Source of the DNA: Thalia democratica | Taxonomy: Eukaryota | Assembly: GCA_965202585.1 (NCBI GenBank) | Contig: OZ241829.1 | Location: forward strand, 66,216,001 to 66,280,000 | Reading direction: 5' to 3' | Length of the DNA: 64,000 nucleotides | In this document: in pieces, positions 53,638 through 64,000 of the stretch | Layout: every line of letters starts with the position of its first letter | How positions within the stretch are numbered: the stretch's first letter is position 1 | Made by a program: the position numbers and the translations under genes | The notes under the pieces: generated by a model | Told to the model about the DNA's origin: nothing | The model's database searches: none | The model's input: only the letters and a program-made list of their open reading frames with translations

Positions 53638-53685
53638 GGACCCGTATTTGGCCGGATCTTAATTAAAAAAAATAAATACGGGTCC
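53638..53685. repeat. 12-bp perfect inverted repeat with 24-nt spacer in a GGATCC-rich patch
   Basis: ggacccgtattt (53638..53649) and aaatacgggtcc (53674..53685); further ccggatcc and ggatccgg motifs extend to ~53870. Confidence 0.7.
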
Positions 53686-54648
53686 GACCTGAAACTTTCT
53701 GGATTACTGGGTAACCATTTGATTTCTGGGTAACTTTCTGGATGCAGTAGGATCACTATTTTAGTTAGAGCTTAATTATGCCTTAATTATTTTACAACTT
53801 TTAAATTACCCGGATCCCATCGGACCTCAGTTGAACAACAACACCTGGATCAACTTTGGATCCGGTTATCACTTATCACAAAAAAAACTATTTAAGTAAA
53901 AAAAGAAAGTTAAACTGTTATCAGTGGAAGTAAATCAGCTATATAACTTGTTAATAATGTTAATGACATATTTTTGATTTTTAAATAAATGTTTTGTTTA
54001 TGCAGGCAAGGTTTTTTTTTGAATTTTTTTTTTATCTCAACTTTCTCTAATCTGCGTAAAAGTATATATTTTGTGATTTTAGGTTGTGTTTGGCTTCTGC
54101 AAAATATCTCCCAAGTTAAAAGTGTATCTCTTGTTCGTATCTTTCAAGTGCCATGTAAAATTTGACAGCTCTGTGCTAAATTTGTTTGAAAAATAAAGTT
54201 CTGATCTATTTAAAATCTCAATAGAATCCGACAAACTTTTATAAGTTACGATTTCAAAGTCTTTCGCAGGACATCGTGTTTTTGTAAGTTTAAAAACATA
54301 ACTAGTTTTTGTTGAGTTGTGTTAAAAATTTCATTAAATAAATTACAAATTTGCTAAACTATAGCTAATTTAATAGCATGTTTAAAATTTTGACTACTAA
54401 AATAGATAATTGTTTTGAAAAAGTTCTAAAAATTAGAAAAACATATTAATACATATGTCGGAATTTTTAGCGAATTTCTTTAAAAAGTATATATAGTTTA
54501 TTGAACGACTAAAAATACGCTCAAAATATTTGGTCTTCAGACTAGGTGCACAAAAAAAAATTTCGGTTGTCGAGTCGCACACCACGCATACCTTTTACGT
54601 CTTGTCCAGGACTTCGAACTACGCATTAATTGAAATATTCGTTTAATC

Positions 54649-54765
54649 CAGGGATCGGCAACATATTGCCCTCAAACAGTAAATCTACGGCCTGCGAATA
54701 TACTTTTATTTTTAATGGGATGCGGACCGTCAAAGGTAAGTTGTGTTGCCCGCGAGCATGTTGAT
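54649..54765. mobile_element. hAT-like MITE fragment
   Basis: CAGGGATCGGCAAC start followed by cggcctgcga, tgcggaccg and gcccgcgag motifs, as in CAGGGGTCGGCAAC..CGGCCCGCG-type hAT non-autonomous elements. Confidence 0.4.
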
Positions 54766-56981
54766 CAAGCACACTAAAAATTATTTTGTAATTTGTTTTT
54801 TTAGTTATAGTCTTGTATTCAGACTTATTCCATTTTTTGTACCTGATAAAAAGTACTCTACTAGTTTTATTGCAAAGTTAAAAACACAGATTGTCTTTTT
54901 CTGAGTATTTATTCACAGTAAAAACATCAGGGCCTTTTTTTACATCTGTAAGTTTTAGCTAGTTAAAACTATGAAATGCTTTTTTATCTTTGGTTGTTCT
55001 TCAATTTTTTACATATTGAATAATTCTTATTAATGCATATTATAGTAGTTTCCAATGTAAACTAAGCTTTGCACAGTAATTAACTAAAAAGTTAGTTCTT
55101 ATCACACTAAGTGTTTTGTTAAGCAACTAATTTACATGTAACTTTCCATCATATAAGTTTTTTCGCTGCATTTTGTAATTGGTTTTTAAAGAAACAAGAT
55201 TAAACAGCCGTTGCCAGTAGCAGTCGAGTAATTTTCATGAAAAATAGTCCTAAAAATTAATAAACCTCTACGACAAGCTTTTGGAAGTTTTTCTTATAAT
55301 TTTGAAAAATGTTTTTATACTTGTGAAACCGTTTGTTTGTTTTTCTTGCAAAATAAGTTTTGCTTTAAAGTTACTATATGTAAAATCAACTTTCGTACGT
55401 TATTAATTGAAACGTTGATTAAATTTGATAAAACACGTTTTTAGATTACTAAATAGTATTAAGTGTTGTTCATTAAATGGAAATAATTATGAACTTTAAT
55501 AAGAAGTGTACTGGTAATGAAACTGCATTTACTCAGAAGATATTCCTTAAAATTAGTTAGTTGTAAAAAAGCCAGGAGTAGTAACAGCTTAGGATAAGAA
55601 TCAACAGTTGGCAACTAATTATTACAGGTAGAATAAAAACAGCTTATGTGATATTTTAAATAAGGCTGATGTTAAAATAATTGTGGTAGTCTTTTGTAAA
55701 AGTACTACTTTAAACCATATATAAACAAGCAACAATAAAGTTCTTATAGATGCTAACACTTAAATAAATAGTCTATTTATAAGTTTTTACCATAATTTAT
55801 AATTTTAATGTTTTGAAATAGCGTAATGAAACTGTTGTCTTCGCATGCTGTATAACAAAAATATAAATAATACACCATAAAGTTTTATTTCATTTAATGA
55901 AATCCACACTTAGCCTATCAAAGCAATTGTTAATAAAACAAAAGTTTGCACCTCTCTTGAAATCCAAAAAAAATTCCTTAAATTCATTTAGACTGCCCAT
56001 AATATCATGATTCAATAATGAAACTAACTTTCTAAACATGCTGTTTCATTGTTTAGAAAGTCTATTTAGGTGGTCTAGTACATAAATACTATGAAGTATT
56101 ACTACTCAGTTGTTATTGTGAACCTGCTTAAAATTATAATCAAATCTATCTTATAAATACGGTGCTTGTTGATTTACTATTTTTTTTTTTTTCTTGAAAT
56201 ATTAACACTTTTTAAGTAAGTTCTGAATTTGTTTTTCTGTTAGTCTATATTTTGAGATTTAATTGTTCTAAAAGTAATTTACACAAGTTGTTTTATTTTT
56301 TAATACAGCCATTATACAATTTTGTCGTGGTTATATAATAAAAGACTCATTTACTCATTTGCTTTTCCTAGTTTATATAAAATAACTTAAGTATCTTGTA
56401 GTATTATTCAGATGTAGTTTCAACTCAACTTTCTTTAATACCATGCAAGACAAGCTTAATCTTAGGTTTAACAATGTAGAAAGAAAAATCTTTTTGTACA
56501 CAGAAACAACTTATATTAAAAATATTATTTTCACACGTATGCTCACTTGAATTAAATGCTCAACTTGGTAGCCCATATACTGTATTCAATCAAATGCATC
56601 ATAAGAAAACCGCTAATATAGTATGTTTAGTAGCTACATCTCATATTAAGTTCTCTCGTTTAGCTACGCTTTTTTGCTGCGGACACAATGTGGGTGTAGA
56701 TTCGTGAGAGGTGACTGTAATATTATTTTGTAATATAACTATAAAATAGTCGAGTGCTTTTTATTAAATACAAATGTAGAAACAAGGGCAAAAATCTCGC
56801 CGTAGTTAATAAAAATATATTTAATTGTGAATTTTTAGATGACGAACAAGTACGTTTTTGGTTTCAATTTTACAGTGTAAATTATGTTTGTTATATAAAA
56901 AACTGTATTCAAAATTAATACTTTTAACAATTGTAACTCTGCAGACTTATATAAATAACTAAAATAACTAAAACAACTACA

Positions 56982-57092
56982 ATGGAATTTTCTCGTTTGC
57001 CTACCAACGTTACACCAATGAACTATGATCTCACATTGACACCTTCATTCGAAACTTTCATCTTTGAAGGACATCAATCTGTTGACATTATT
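56982..57092 (+). CDS. NPEPPS: Aminopeptidase copy B, exon 1 (37 aa); intron 57093..57878
   Basis: MEFSRLPTNVTPMNYDLTLTPSFETFIFEGHQSVDII then |gtaagt, phase 0; 7 of 111 nt differ from copy A exon 1. The track ORF start at 57840 lies in the intron. Confidence 0.92.
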
Positions 57093-57878
57093 GTAAGTTT
57101 TTACTTCACTAGTTATTTTTATACATTTTGTAAATTTTTCTTTATCTGCTGAAATGTAGCTAAGCTTTAAAGCCTCAATAAATTATTATTTAAATTGTCT
57201 TAAATTTTTATAAGTGAGCATCTTTAACATACAAAAGTTAAATGTTTTATTTTCAAAAAAATGCTCCGCTCAAAAGAGATCATCAGGTAATTATGCAATC
57301 AGGATAATCAATTTATAAAATTTTCCTTAGCAATACGTTAAGATCCTTTATTGTTATCTTTATAGATATAAGTTAATATAACTATGGATTTTATTAATGT
57401 TATTTATTATAGAGTGAAGCAATTTTTGTAAATAACTTGGTAAGTCAATAAGTCGTTAGTCATAACACCTATTTACAACAAATTTATACCCAGTCGTATT
57501 GTAATGTCCCCAATTTTAAGTAAGCATCGTAAGATAACTTTTTAATGTTAATTTTAAATATTTAATTTTGATTTTAAACAGATGTCTTAAGTTACAAAGC
57601 AGGGTAGCTACAAAAGCGTGCAACCAATTTACATATCTGCTTAACTTGAATAATTTTTTAGTGTTTATTTTCATGTTATTTTTAATTTTAATTATATAAA
57701 AAAAAATTATTTTCTTACATGTTTGGGTTGATAAAATAAGGTATATAAAATATGCAAGCTAAGCAAATATGCAAGTTAGTTGTAGTTTTTGAAGTTACCA
57801 ATGAAGTATTCACAACTAAGACTTGCAGAAGTATAAACGTTGCAAATCAGTAAAATGTTAAAACATTACACTAAACAG

Positions 57879-60347
57879 GTCAATGAAGCCACTAATGAGA
57901 TCAAAATGAACAGCAAGGAGCTGGAAATCAAAGAGTGCAGCCTCCAGCACTCCGGGACAAACTACGTACCAACCCAAGTCAACCTGAACAAGGAGGAAGA
58001 AACCTGCACCCTCGTGTTCGATGACGTCATTCCCCAGGGACCCGCCGTCCTCCAGATGAGTTTCAGTGGTATCCATAACGACAAGATGGCTGGATTCTAC
58101 CGAACCAAAGTTACCAGCAAGGACGGGGTGGAGAGCTACAACCTGGTCACCCAGTTCGAGTCCACCGACGCCAGGCAGTGCCTCCCCTGCTGGGACGAGC
58201 CCGCCCTGAAAGCGACCTTCGACGTCACTTTGAACGTGCCGAAGGACCTCGTCGCCCTCTCCAACATGAACGTCGTCAGCGAGGAGGTTCTCGAGGATGA
58301 CGTCACGAAGAAGGTGGTGTTCGCCAAGTCGAAGAAGATGTCCACCTACCTGCTGGCCTTCGTGGTGGGAGAGTTCGATTACGTCCAGGGCAAGACCGAG
58401 GACGGAATCGACGTCAAAGTCTACACGCCTCCGGGAAAGTCCGACCAGGGAAAGTACCCTCTGGAAGTAGCAATCAAATCGGTGCAGCACTTCACAGAGT
58501 TCTTCGACTGCCCGTACCCGATGAACAAACTTGACCTGATCGCTATCGCCGAGTTCGCTCACGAGGCCATGGAGAACTGGGGGCTGATTACGTACAAGGA
58601 GTCGGCATTGTTGGTTGATGAGAAGGAGTCGTCGGAGGCGCAGAAGCAGTGGGTGACGATCGTGGTGTGCCACGAGGTGTCGCACCAGTGGTTCGGCAAC
58701 CTGGTCACAATGGAGTGGTGGACGCACCTGTGGCTCAACGAGGGCTTCGCAACCTTCATGGAGTATGACGCAACGAACGTGTTCAATCCGGACTTCAAGG
58801 TTTGGGAGCAGTACGTCAACGACGACACTATTCGCTCGCTGGAGCAGGACATCCAGAAGAACAGCCACGCCATCGAGATTCCGGTGAACCACCCAGCAGA
58901 AGTGGACGAGATCTTCGACGCGATATCTTACAAAAAGGGAGGCAACATCATCAGGATGATTCACTTTTGGATCGGAGCGGAAAAGTTCAAGCAAGGCATG
59001 AAGGCCTATTTCAAAAAGCACGCCTACTCCAACACGCAAACTGAAGATTTGTGGAGGTGTTTTGAGGACGCCAGCGGCAAGCCTGTTGAACAGGTCATGT
59101 CGACTTGGACCAAGCAGTTGGGATTTCCCGTCATCAACGTGTCCGTCGCCAGCCAAAATGACAACTCTGTGACTTTGAATTTGTCCCAGAAAATGTTTTG
59201 CCTCTCCCCTTCCGATGAAGGCAGCGACAGCTTGTGGCAGGTGCCACTCTCAATCTCCACGTCGACCTCCGAAGAACACCAGTCTTTCATCTTTTCATCG
59301 AAATCCGATCAGATCACGGTGGAAGGCGTCGGTCCGAACGAATGGTTCAAAGTCAACCCTGGCTTCCGCGGCTTCTACAGAGTGAACTACAGCCAAGACA
59401 TTTTGACCAAGCTGATCACAGCCATCGAAAACGGGCAGCTCGACTGCTTTGACCGCCTCAACGTCTTGAGCGACGTGAAAGCGATGGCCTCCACCGGCCA
59501 ATGCTCCTTCGCCACCTACATTGACCTGCTGAAGCGCTTCAAGGGCGACACCGAGTACCCGGTGTGGAAGGAAATCATCAAGTCAATGAGCGCCATGACC
59601 AAGCTTCTGTGGAACGACGAACAAACTTCGAAAGTGTTTTCCCAATTCAAAAAAGACCTGTATAAAGACATCGTGGCGCACGTCGGGATGGAAGCAAAGG
59701 AGGGAGAGTCCCACTTGGACGCAAGTTTGAGAGCGCTCCTCATCACGGCTTCCAACGACGACGGAGTCAACCAAAAGTGCATGGAGATCATGAACGATTT
59801 CTTCGAGAAGCAGACGCCGATCAACCCGGAGATTCGTCAATCCGTCTACGAAGTTTACGTGGCCAAGGGAGGCGTTGATGCTTACCAAAAGATGGTGGAG
59901 ATGCACAAGAAGGCAGATTCAATGGAGGAGAAGACGGAGATCGAGGGCGCGTTGGGGTGCGTTGAGGAATTGGAGTGCTTGAAGCTCGCTCAAGAGTACA
60001 TGATGTCGAACAACGTAAGGGACAACGAAAAGTACAGGATGTTGGCAAGAATGGCGAGTAGGTCCAAGCTGGGCAGGGACGAGTCGTGGAAGTTTGTGAA
60101 AGAGCAGTGGAAGGTGTTCTACGACAAGTACAGCGAGAACCACTACCTGGGAAAGATCGTGCAAGCTTCGACGTCCTGCTTCGCCACCGAGGAGATGCTG
60201 CAGGAGGTAAAGGAATTCCTCACGCCGAGGATCAGCAAGAACTGCGAGAGGAAGCTGAAGCAAAGCGTGGAGCAGATCAGGCTGAAGATCAAGAAATGGA
60301 AGAAGAGCGGGCAAGTCCTGAAGAAGTACTTAAATCGTATAGCTTAA
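57879..60347 (+). CDS. NPEPPS: Puromycin-sensitive aminopeptidase-like M1 peptidase, copy B, exon 2 (822 aa)
   Basis: Acceptor ctaaacag|GTCAAT, open to TAA at 60347. Same M1 motifs as copy A with EAMENWG, HEVSH-18x-E and DAISYKKG; about 95% amino-acid identity to copy A by manual count. Confidence 0.93.
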   Translation, partial: VNEATNEIKMNSKELEIKECSLQHSGTNYVPTQVNLNKEEETCTLVFDDVIPQGPAVLQMSFSGIHNDKMAGFYRTKVTSKDGVESYNLVTQFESTDARQCLPCWDEPALKATFDVTLNVPKDLVALSNMNVVSEEVLEDDVTKKVVFAKSKKMSTYLLAFVVGEFDYVQGKTEDGIDVKVYTPPGKSDQGKYPLEVAIKSVQHFTEFFDCPYPMNKLDLIAIAEFAHEAMENWGLITYKESALLVDEKESSEAQKQWVTIVVCHEVSHQWFGNLVTMEWWTHLWLNEGFATFMEYDATNVFNPDFKVWEQYVNDDTIRSLEQDIQKNSHAIEIPVNHPAEVDEIFDAISYKKGGNIIRMIHFWIGAEKFKQGMKAYFKKHAYSNTQTEDLWRCFEDASGKPVEQVMSTWTKQLGFPVINVSVASQNDNSVTLNLSQKMFCLSPSDEGSDSLWQVPLSISTSTSEEHQSFIFSSKSDQITVEGVGPNEWFKVNPGFRGFYRVNYSQDILTKLITAIENGQLDCFDRLNVLSDVKAMASTGQCSFATYIDLLKRFKGDTEYPVWKEIIKSMSAMTKLLWNDEQTSKVFSQFKKDLYKDIVAHVGMEAKEGESHLDASLRALLITASNDDGVNQKCMEIMNDFFEKQTPINPEIRQSVYEVYVAKGGVDAYQKMVEMHKKADSMEEKTEIEGALGCVEELECLKLAQEYMMSNNVRDNEKYRMLARMASRSKLGRDESWKFVKEQWKVFYDKYSENHYLGKIVQASTSCFATEEMLQEVKEFLTPRISKNCERKLKQSVEQIRLKIKKWKKSGQVLKKYLNRIA

Positions 60348-60409
60348 TGTGTTTTTATGTATTGTAAATTTACGGTTGATAATTTCTGCCGTGCATTGAT
60401 CCTTTAGTA

Positions 60410-60415
60410 AATAAA
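60410..60415 (+). promoter_or_regulatory. Polyadenylation signal of aminopeptidase copy B
   Basis: AATAAA ~62 nt after the stop, in a 3' UTR alignable to that of copy A. Confidence 0.55.
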
Positions 60416-61338
60416 TAGTATGTGTTGTCAATATTTCTTTGTTATTTTTATAAAACTTATTTCTTTTAAAGTTTTTAAACCTAATAAAGTTTTATTTTAA
60501 TTTAAGAGCATACATCTGTACTTAATATTAGTCTTTATACTACCTGAAAGGATCTTAACTATCTGTATCAAATAGATTTTTATCTTATTTATTTAATAAC
60601 TTTCCGATCGAACCTCGTTTTAAAGTTAGAAATTGATTTAATGAGAAACTAAAATACTTTCATGAGACACTTATTAAACCAAATGTTAATTAAATTTTCT
60701 AAAATATTAAGTATGTGAATATAAACACATGAGTGTGTAGAGGTATATACAAAAACAATTATTCAAGTTGACAACAATGCTGGATTTCATCTTCCTAGAG
60801 ATATAATCTTAAAAAATTTACATTTGTTTTTAGGATTCTTGGTAGTATAAATGTAATTTATTTTTATTTTTATTTTTATGAAATGTATAGGTTTAAAAAA
60901 CCGTTAAAAAAGTTTATAAATTAACTCTTGAAATATTTACATACCACAAATAGTTATATTTTCTAAACGACTGGATCCCCTTAAAATTTGTCTGTAAAAG
61001 TTTTACTTTCAAGTCCAATACATTGTCAAGAAAAGTTATATTGTAATCAATAAGAGAATTAAAAAAATAATTTTAAGTTGTGATGCAACATTTTTTAACT
61101 TGTCAGATCCGGCCGGATCCGGTAGTTAACTAATCAATAGCTATAATAACATGACCAATATAAGTTCAGTATAAAAATTAAAAAAAAATATTAGAATCTA
61201 ATATTAAAAGGAAGGCACTATGGTAAAAAGCTAATCGAAGTTTAGTTATATATATAAAAGTTTTAAAATCACAAACTCCAAACAAATAACGCGGTCAAAC
61301 TTGTTTTGTACAAAAAAGTGTCAATTAAAATTAACAGC

Positions 61339-61941
61339 TCAAAATGAGACGAAACGGAATTTGTACACAAGTTTTATCCGCATCTTCTTTCCAGCGTAAA
61401 AGCTGGCGTCAACTTTCCACATCCATCCGAAAGCGGCGCCACCCGCACGAACTCCGCCGTCTGAGTGAACTGCTTGGCGTCTCTGAAAAAGGGTACGGTT
61501 CTGGCCAAAAACCGTGTTTGCGTTGGGAACGCAGTTGACGGGTCCGAAGACATACGGACCCAGATCCCCGTTTTCGCTCCCCCATGCTGGTCGTTGAGCT
61601 GCTAGCGGTGGTTCCCTTCGTGCGAGGCGTGGTAGTACCCCGTGGTGTCGTCTTCCTTTCGTTTCTCGGAGTACCTTTCACGGAACAAGCCGCAGTAGTA
61701 ATACGGCAGCTCCCTCCCTCCAGAAGGGGACGCCCCCCGTTCGCCCGTTCTTTTCCCTTGAGTGCTTTCTCACTACAGTGCCGGTTGTTTTTCCCGTGGC
61801 CCGCGTGTACCTCAGCTCGGTGAAATCCCGGACGACGTAATGACGATTCTGCAGCGCAACGGGCCGGACAACGGCTCGAACTTTGTTCCCGTTTTGCAGG
61901 GGCGCTCTCAAGAGAACGAAGCAAATATCGACCATCACCAT
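61339..61941 (-). pseudogene. GC-rich decayed intronless ORF of unknown family
   Basis: Sharp GC island; minus-strand frames with C/G-ending codons alternate: VRAVVRPVALQNRHYVVRDFTELRY / ELPYYYCGLFRERYSEKRKEDDTTGYYHASHEGNHR*QLNDQH / WGSENGDLGPYVFGPVNCVPNANTVFG...FGWMWKVDASFYAGKKMRIKLVYKFRFVSF*. Confidence 0.45.
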
Positions 61942-64000
61942 TTTATTAAAATGCAAGGGTCGAAACCAAATAAGGTTAAAGCTTGATTAACCGTAAAACT
62001 GAAAGACACAAAACGAAATGACAAAAGTTAAAAATAACACAAAAAAAGTCATACTGTAAAAAATCAGGAAACTTTAATTAATTTAATCTAAATTTTGTGT
62101 ATTAACATAAAAAACAAAATAATATTAACACATAAAAATTATGCTAAACATCAAAAATATAAATGCATCGGCCAGCCGAAAAGTTTTAAATCCAAAGCCA
62201 AAGTCACGTCAACAACGAACAAGCCAAAAGAAACTAATTCGCTTAGAAGCTTATTGCACATTTCAACTGAATGATAAAAAAAAGAAGTGTACCGATCATC
62301 ATTGTTGAACTAATGTCTTTATGAGAATTTTTTGTTACTGCCTTCCATTAAATAATTATTTTTAAACAGTTCGAAGATTTTTTAACTAATTGGATTTTTA
62401 CCGTTCAATAGTTAATAAAAAGTAATGTGGCCAATTTCAAGTTTTTGTATTCTAAAAATTCAGCATTAAGTTTTGTTAGTTAAAGTCAACTTATGATTAC
62501 TTTGTTACTATAAAAGTATAAAAATTTTTCTTCTTGTCAGCTTTGTAACCTACTAATGAGATTAGCTCGAAGTATATCTAGTTTATTGAAGTGTCCTGTT
62601 TTTCTTATTATATATTTACTAGTCAGTGCTATTTGTTAGTATCTAGTATTGTCTGGAATTAGTTGGAACAAAGTTAGTTTATTACACTACTTTTTTTTAA
62701 ACTTTGTAGCTGTCATTTACAGTTAGTAATATGAATAGCTAAATTTTCATCTACTTTGAGTGTTGTTTGTGTGAAACAAGAAAACTCACACGTACCTGCT
62801 GTTTCAAACTTGTAACTATTTTATACATTTGATCAAGTTTTTAGGGTCAAACTCGGTATACACCCAAAAACTTTCCACAAAAAAAAAACAATTTCAGATT
62901 AGATTTATAAATGATAATGATAAATATGATAAGTGTTTAGAAAAAATTCCTTAATATATACGTATAAAACTAACTTTATAACAATTTAAAAAAATAATTG
63001 CATTTAAGTTTAAACTTTTGTAGCACAACAAAGTTTTAAGTTTATATTACATAAAAAATATACACTTTGATTTATATACTTTAATTAATCTCTAGTTATA
63101 AGAAAAATACGGGTTCGACCATCATTAAAAGTTTGGTTATGCAAAATATTTCTGGTACTTATGATATTTAAAACTTTTTTCTTGATTTCAATATTTTTAA
63201 CTAAAAATGCAGAAAGATTTACAATAGTAGGTTTTTAATAAAATGTACAGAAGTTAGACAATACTAATTAAATCACTTTCACAAATCAGAAAAAAAAAAT
63301 GTAAAAGAAAAAGTGTATGAACAAATTGCAGATTTTTTTCTGCAGATATTATAAATAGTCTTAGTAGAATTGTAAAGTTTAATAATTCTTTTTTTCTATG
63401 TTTTAATAAAAATTTATATAGTAAGTATATTAACAGTTGTAACTTCAGTCTATATGCCATTTGTACCGCATCTATAAACAAATATCTCATAAACGTCCCT
63501 TTTAAACTTGTCTGCTTAAATTATTATTAATATATGGAAGTTATTTCCAATCAATCTTTTAAAGAGTGTTATAATGTATTGTACCTTTTTTTAGTATTAA
63601 CCTCCCAAACTTCATAGTAAAACTTTTTTAGTCTAATGTAGTTGAACTCGTTAAAAATAAATAAGCATGCCTTTTTAAGTATAGAAAATTAAGTTAAAAT
63701 ATTAAAACAAAAGCTGTTAGTTTGTAAAACTTTTATAGTCTTTGAAGTACAAAATAAAAACATTATCAACTAATTTTACAGTATAAACAAATTTCAAAAG
63801 TAAAGATGCATGCAAAAGACTAGTAAGTAAATAATGTTCAAAAAAAACTTTATTAGTTTTTAGAAAAAAAAGTTTTGTAATTGTATATAAACTATAAACT
63901 TATTTACTTCAAAAACTAAATTTTATTATTAAAATTTTGCGATAATATATTAAAAAAATTGAAAAGTTATTAAATTAGAAATATACTTTACTACAGTTTA

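Noticed and set aside
57840-57878. N-terminal MQISKMLKHYTKQ of the 835-aa track ORF
   Set aside because: Intronic. The acceptor at 57877-57878 and the upstream exon 56982..57092 give the conserved M1 N-terminus, and copy A lacks this sequence.

Overview
Very AT-rich eukaryotic (metazoan-like) genomic DNA with GT-AG introns and transposon debris; not prokaryotic, and no CRISPR, rRNA or true tRNA gene was seen. The only clearly intact genes are two paralogous puromycin-sensitive aminopeptidase-like (M1 family, NPEPPS-like) genes in head-to-head orientation about 27.8 kb apart. Copy A is on the - strand (exons 29085..29195 and 25667..28126, ~856 aa); copy B is on the + strand (exons 56982..57092 and 57879..60347, ~859 aa). 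Each has a 111-nt first exon that the ORF track misses and a single intron. The copies are nearly identical in the large exon, including silent sites, yet their introns look unalignable and they differ at the GAMEN exopeptidase motif (DFACSAMEN vs EFAHEAMEN). Other content: exons of a furin-site/EGF-like gene at the left end, a small secreted orphan gene at ~16 kb, a decayed near-full-length CR1/L2-type LINE, several MITE families (one with internal telomere-like repeats), and a ~2.7-kb-period tandem duplication. Several GC-richer islands are decayed ORFs, including a probable tandem PARP-like ADP-ribosyltransferase pseudogene between the two aminopeptidases. All alignments and counts were done by eye; no database search was possible.
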